64,000 bases of DNA from Sphaerodactylus townsendi (lineage: Eukaryota). This document shows positions 58,225-64,000 of this stretch, piece by piece. The stretch spans positions 87,420,001 to 87,484,000 of the forward strand of contig NC_059430.1 of NCBI RefSeq assembly GCF_021028975.2, read 5' to 3'. The notes under the pieces were generated by a model. The model worked only from the letters and a program-made list of their open reading frames with translations. It was not told the DNA's origin and ran no database searches. Position 1 is the stretch's first letter, and each line of letters begins with the position of its first letter. A program made the position numbers and the translations under genes.

Positions 58225-58830
58225 ATTCGACGTATCTCAAAGTCCCCGGGCTTGACCAAAATGGCCGCTTTAGGCGATCCCCCGTCTTCCGTGTCGGCAT
58301 GAGGACCGCTGCCAGGGAACCGTTCTCCTCGCCGAGGGAGGGAGGAAGAGGGAGGGGGCGGGGTCGAGCTCCTTGTGCCGGCATTAGGGCAGGGTCGGGA
58401 AGCGAGAGGGAAAGGCTGAGGAGGCAGGACATCAGTCCAGAAGAGGAAGAGTGTCGCGGCCCATGGTGAGGCGCACGACGTGGTGGAGCTGCTGTGTCGA
58501 GCTCTTGTCGCCACCCTCCGTAGCCTGCGGGAGGCCGGAGAACCAGCAGCTGCAGCAGCGCCGCTGTGGTTAGAGAGCCCGACGGCGGCAGGCAGAAGCA
58601 CCACCGGCTGGACTCGCAGCCCCGTCATGGACGACGATGAAGAAGAAACACCCCAGGAAAGGTGAGGGGCCCCTGCTTTGCACGATATTCCCAGGCACCG
58701 CTTCAAAAGCTGGAGCATTCGAAGCTGGAGCCATCGTGGAGGTCCGTTGCACCAAAAACAGACTGGGGGTTGTCATACAGGAGCGCAGTCAAAGACTAGC
58801 CAGGGTTAACCCGCTTCGGCTTTGCTAGGC
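58225..58830 (+). promoter_or_regulatory. CpG island / first exon(s) of the next gene, by synteny probably NAPEPLD
   Basis: CpG-dense; YY1-like CAAAATGGCCGC (58257-58268); GC box GGGGCGGGG; donors ATG|GTGAG (58465) and AAG|GTGAG (58661). In human, NAPEPLD is divergent from PMPCB. No NAPEPLD core coding exon seen in the window. Confidence 0.7.
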
Positions 58831-60437
58831 TTCGCCTTCAGTAGGCATTTATACATTTTCGAGTTCTATTCCTACATGTTAGCAGTTATGCATCGAGAAA
58901 TGCTTTCCTTCGTGGCATCTGTCGAAGTGGGCTTTCTGATCCACCCAAATGGATGAGGGATTACAACGGTGTTAACCTTTCAGGTTCCACCTTACTCCTT
59001 GTTTGTTTTCAGTTCAGATTACCTAAAACGGTGGCTGGTTGCTTTTACTTGGGAAAAAGGTAGATGTCAGGGCAGCCAATTGTACTTTTTCGTTTACTGG
59101 GCTGCGTACCAGGATGCGTTTGTTTTCATTTGTGCAGCATGAATGTATTTCTGTGCAAGACACTAGCGCGTCTCCCCCCCCCCCCCCATGGTTCCTTCTC
59201 GTACATTATTCCCCCAGCTCCCCAAGAATTTGCTCCTTAATCCAGTTCCCGCTTCTTGATCTGCAGGGTTCAAAGGGCACTGTCACAGATTGGTGCTGAG
59301 GGATGTTGACCTAAGGCGTTTTCCCCCAGCCCCACTGTGCTTCATTGGCATTTACTCCCTATGAAGTTGTGACATCGTAGGGTGGGTACAGAAAAGTAAT
59401 CTCTATTTATCTTCTTGGGGCTTACTTTTGAGTAAAAACATGCATAGAATGGGTTTACACTTTAAAAACTATTAACTTGGATTCCTCTGATACTGGGTAA
59501 GGCTGATTTGAAAGGAAACATACCGAAACTGTGTACCTTTACAATCTGGAATGCGTCACTTGTGAAATGCCAGCAATGTGACCTGGTGTAAGAAAGCTAA
59601 GATGAAATGTGACGCGCCTTTGAAGGTGGTCTGCATCCATGCTGAGAAGGACACTGGAACCTGCATTGTGGTGTTCTTGTCATGTGTGAAAGTTGCAGGG
59701 GTGGGGAGAAATAGGATGTGTTCTTTCTATTCACATTCTGTGTTTAAACTTAAGTGAAAAAAGACTTTTAGCACGGAAATTGCAGATGCTAGAAATCCGA
59801 CACCTTGGTCTATGCATTGCTTGCAGAAGATGGCTCAAGTTGATTAAATATTATTATTCTTCCTTCCTGCCTCAGTGAGGTTGTGAATGGACCCTCTGCT
59901 CATAATTTATATCCATCTCCCTAGCTATCATAGCTCACTTCCCAACCAGCCATCTGCTTTGTTTCAAACCTTTGCTGAGGTTATGAGGCAAGGCATTCAG
60001 ATGATTAATAGATAGGCTTAAAGAGGGTTTTCTTTTCTCCATCCTGAATTGTGTTCATAGTGGGAAAGAAGGAGCATCCTTGTGCCTTAGCGTCTTGGAA
60101 AATCAGACAAGATTGTGTTTGAAAACAATTAAAATGCCATGGATTATGTTTGTTTGTTTATTGCCTGAATGCTTCATTGTACATGGAATACTTTTAATCA
60201 TTTTAGGGAGATGACTGTAATGTTACTGTGTACTGCGAAAACCAGAAAAGCAAACTATCTGTACTGCAAATCAGCAGTAGGCTTGAGAACCAGGAATCAT
60301 TTCTGCTTTACTACACTCTGGCATTAATACATTGCTATTGTTACTGCATATTTTAGAGGGTTTTTAAATGAACGATAATCACTTGCTGTACCCCATCAAA
60401 TGATCTTTCTATTCAGCAACTTCAGATCCCCAGGTAC

Positions 60438-61560
60438 CTTCAGTATTTGTGATTCTCTGATCTGGTCATACAGTTCTTTCCACCTGGCAGACTCTTCCTG
60501 CAGACATTGGTTCTCATTTTTGCCCTTTGCAACCTGCTGCTGAAGTCCACCATTCTCCATTCTGAACATGTGGATCTGTTGCTGCATTTTCTCCATCTCA
60601 GCCTGTTAGTTCTCAGATTGCACCTACAAGATTTTTATCTGAGCGACTAGTTTATTGTATCTGCAGCCCAGCTTTTTCCTTTCAGCCTGCCTCTCATCCT
60701 CCTGCCTCTGCAGCACTGCCTGCAGGGATTTGACATGCTTCTCAAGGCTGTGCTTTTCTTCCTTCATCTTTTGCAGAGTTGACAATTCCTCTGACTTCCT
60801 GTTCCAACTTGTGCTTGATGTTGCTCACCTCTTTCTTGCTCTTTCCTGTGGAGAATGAAGTCCAGATCCACACAACTAGTTCATGTATTTGGTCTTCTGT
60901 TCCACTTCTTCCTGAAGCTTTCCCTGGAGGGCACTAACATCATCCCTAAACTTTTTCAACTGCAGCATCAGAGTTGATCTCTCCGCCTCAACATCCTTCA
61001 GATGACAGTCTTCTTCAAGGTGTTGATGGTGTCAAAGAAGTCACGCTGCTTGAGAACGTCCAGCACTCTTTAACCTTGGTTCCCAAGGAAACAGCTTCGC
61101 AGTAGAGATCCATGATTTGAGTCTGCTGCTTTTTTTTGGTCCTGTTTTAGTTCCTGGATGGCTTTGTCTCAGCCCACATCTCCTTCCTGAAGCAGCAGTG
61201 TCTCCATTTCTTTAATCTTCTTCTCTAAAACCACACAGCAGTGCTGAAGGTCCAAAATGTGGGTTAGCTGTTTTTGCTGGTTGTGCCCTAAGCCTCTAAT
61301 CGTCCCATAGAAGTCCGTGTCACATTCCTGAAGCAGCAGTTGCTTTGAACTAAATTCCAAGGTGTTTCTCTCACAAAGTTTTAAAGATGCTTCATAAGGA
61401 TTCAGGCAGCAGCTCCTTGTAATGTGGGAAGGAGAAATACCTTGGTCTCCTATATCACCTTGCCTACAGTCCTTTCCTATCTCTGCTTGTAGAGATGCTA
61501 ATTGCTTTTCTGCTTTAAGTTCTTCTTTGAATACAGTCTCAACCTTTTCCAAGTTAAAAA
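60438..61560 (-). pseudogene. CAGE1-like (cancer-associated gene 1) coiled-coil pseudo-exon
   Basis: Stitched translation DKAIQELKQDQKKQQTQIMDLYC...LKQRDFFDTINTLKK...LMLQLKKFR...AERKKLGCRYNKLVAQIKIL*VQSEN*QAEMEKMQQQIHMFRMENGGLQQQVAK parallels remembered human CAGE1 ([23 protein letters not shown]...[27 protein letters not shown]...[22 protein letters not shown]); at least 4 in-frame stops and several frameshifts. Confidence 0.75.
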
Positions 61561-61999
61561 AGAAGCTCAAATTATTTGATCAGAAATAATCAATTTGGGG
61601 TTTTTTGACAATTTTTTAGAGGATGTTAGAAAGTGACTAGATAGCTTTCAAACTAAAGTGGGTACATTTACACAATTTACCTCAAAAGACATCCTTTTGC
61701 TGTGGCTACATTTCTGGACATCCAACACTTTCTCTTTCTGGGCTATTCAGTTGGGCTACCAATATAGTACATTTTTATCCTGGATTTTCCTTCAAAGAAC
61801 TCAGAGTGCAACATGTGTTGCTTATGACTGATCCCCTGTTCCCCATTTAATTTTCACAACCAACACCCTTAAGGTAGGTTAGACTGAGAAAGAGTGACTC
61901 GCCCATGGTAACCCAGCAAGTTTCAGGACAGAATGTGGATTTGAAACTGGTTCACAGAGAGTTGATTAATTATCTAGCCTTGCATTGTCTATTTTAACT

Positions 62000-62630
62000 G
62001 TCAGCAGCTCATCAAGGTCTTAGGCAGGGTTTTACCGGTTCAAGGGTCTGGTGCTTACAGAGCCCTAAAAGGCCTGGGACCTGTGTACCTTTGGGACTGT
62101 TTCTCTTGGTACATCCCTCAAAGAATACTTCATTCAGCAAACAGTAATCTGCTGGTGGCCCCTGGTCCTAAGGAAGTCCGACTGGTTTCAACCAGGGCCA
62201 GGGCTTTCTCTGCCCTGGCCCCAGTCTGGTGAAAAACTCTGTCCCATAAGACCAGGGCCTTGTGGGGCAATTCTGCAGGACCTGTATGACAGAGCTGTTC
62301 TGCCAGATGGATGGTTGAAGCAGCTACAGTAATAACTAGCCTTCTCTCTTTTCCATCAAACCCATAGCTGACCCTCAATGGATGTTATTATTTATCACCA
62401 TCTGGAAATAGTATAAAAGTGGGTTCTGGTTCCGGTGAAAACGCGGCTGGGCGTCTTGTGAGTTCCTCATTAACAAGTTATTTCTAATATAAAAGTACTG
62501 ATATGTAATTTATTGAATTGTTCTTAAAATGTTTTAAATATTTTAATTGTGATATTGAATGTTGTGAACTGCCCTGAGACAGAAAGGTGAGGGGCGGCAT
62601 ACCAAGTCTAATAAAATAAAATAAATCAAT
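62000..62630 (+). mobile_element. old L2-like LINE 3' fragment
   Basis: RARAFSALAPVW motif; 3' end TGTGAACTGCCCTGAG...GGGCGGCATA...(AAAAT)n. Confidence 0.65.
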
Positions 62631-63809
62631 CTCAGATTATTTTCTTTTTAAAAAAAGAATAAGAGCGATTGGTTAAGACATTAGCTTCTATTAGCGTCCA
62701 CTGCATCCTTACTCCCTGCCTCTAGAGGAGAGCAGTCTCATTTTATCTGGTGAATGAGATTAAATTGAAGAATAAAAGCCAGGAACATTAATTCGGTTGC
62801 TATAGTTTTGGTCTTCTAAATTGACATGGAAACGTTCTGCAGCAGTCATCCAGAAGCTTGTTATGTAATCCCCTCTTCCTGAATTTGTGTGTCTGATGTC
62901 TTATTTAACATTTGCACACATGAACAAAACCCTTGTATGTGTGTATTTGTGGTCACTGAGGATCTTCCATGAAGACCAAACCTCATATTACTAAAATAAA
63001 CTTTGTCAATAGAATAGCATTTGTTAGAACTGTTAGTTGACTCCGATTTTTTAAATTTGTCCAGTGGGTCATGCAACAAACAGAGTTCTAGCTGACTCTC
63101 TTTAAATGGAATCAAATGTTTAGTGTGAAAAGCAAAAGTGTTCCAAGGTGATTCTGATTTGCTTTGTTAGATGATGAAATGCAAAGGAGAGTTTTAGTTT
63201 TGATTATTTTAAAAATTAACTTGTTTGTTTAAAGTACTTCAGTTGAATGTTCAAGATGGCATAAGTAGAAAGGTATAGGCCACTTTCTACTTAGGTTAAT
63301 GTCTTCATTTTTCATTAGGGCATATTTCTCAAACTTGAGAAATACTTCCGCTTTTCAAACTTAACAGATCTTCCCCAGGGTCCTCACTGAATATCCCTGC
63401 CTACCTCTTTGCTTTTTACATCTCATTCACCTTATTCGTATTCCCTCTCATATGCTTTCCTGCTCCTTCCCGTTACTTCTAACTCCTAAGCATTCTGTGT
63501 GTCAGCTAAATATTCAGAGTCTACATATTCAGAATTATCTTTTTCTGATAGGGAGTTGTGAACATACCTCTTTTTCTCCCCTGGAAGCTGAACCTTGAGC
63601 CTTAATTGTTTGCTACTAGTAAGGCTTAAAGTCTATATACCTCCTCCACATGGGTCTCCCATGTTTCTCAATGTTCTGTTTCCAAATCTCAAAGCAACTA
63701 TGCAGCCCTATGTCCAACCTTTTCCTGACAACAAAATATCTGGATAAAAATGAAGGTATAGTTTCTTCTGGATATCCTGTCAGTGTTATCAACTGTGAAG
63801 GCCTTGCAG

Positions 63810-63949
63810 CAGGGACGGAGCAAGGGGAAACTGTGCCTGGGCCCTGCATGTGTCCCTGCCACGGCACCGCCCGCCCCACCTGGAACGCCCCCAGAAAGCC
63901 CCTGGCCTGACCTGGTTGCACCCCCCATCCCATTGGTGCTATGCCACTG
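63810..63949. mobile_element. 140-bp degenerate hAT-type MITE
   Basis: Imperfect TIRs CAGGGACGGAGCA / TGCTATGCCACTG; 8-bp flanks CCTTGCAG/CCTTGTAG; shares AAACTGTGCC with the 17361 element. Confidence 0.6.
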
Positions 63950-64000
63950 CCTTGTAGAGTTCAGTGATCAGCCTTAATCTGTCATTCACATTAAAAATAT

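Noticed and set aside
58029-58718. 229-aa minus-strand ORF
   Set aside because: Low-complexity CpG-island ORF running into an L2-like tail; no domain.

Overview
Vertebrate genomic DNA. The repeat content (Squam3-like tRNA SINEs, CR1/L2/RTE LINEs, Penelope, hAT MITEs) points to a squamate, probably a gecko; the species cannot be told from sequence. The window covers the conserved PSMC2-DNAJC2-PMPCB(-NAPEPLD) block. It holds PSMC2 coding exons 1-7 (minus strand, continuing off the left edge), complete DNAJC2/MPP11 (plus, 17 coding exons, 620 aa, head-to-head with PSMC2) and complete PMPCB (minus, 13 coding exons, 487 aa, tail-to-tail with DNAJC2). A CpG-island first exon at ~58.3-58.7 kb is most likely NAPEPLD by synteny. 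All exons were assembled by hand with consistent splice phases. The most notable unexplained items are: (1) a decayed CAGE1-like coiled-coil gene on the minus strand at ~60.4-61.8 kb, with an internal 47-codon duplication and possible further exon relics on the far side of the 58 kb promoter; (2) a 482-bp sense-oriented solo LTR 53 bp upstream of DNAJC2 exon 11; (3) the frame-preserving PMPCB exon encoding catalytic HFLEH, bounded by a GC donor and a GAG acceptor; (4) Penelope fragments with a minimal hammerhead-ribozyme motif, one with a 25-bp capture of nearby intronic sequence; (5) young hairpin hAT MITEs carrying ZNF143-like motifs. I see no convincing wholly new biological system. Family and homology assignments come from remembered sequences, not database searches.
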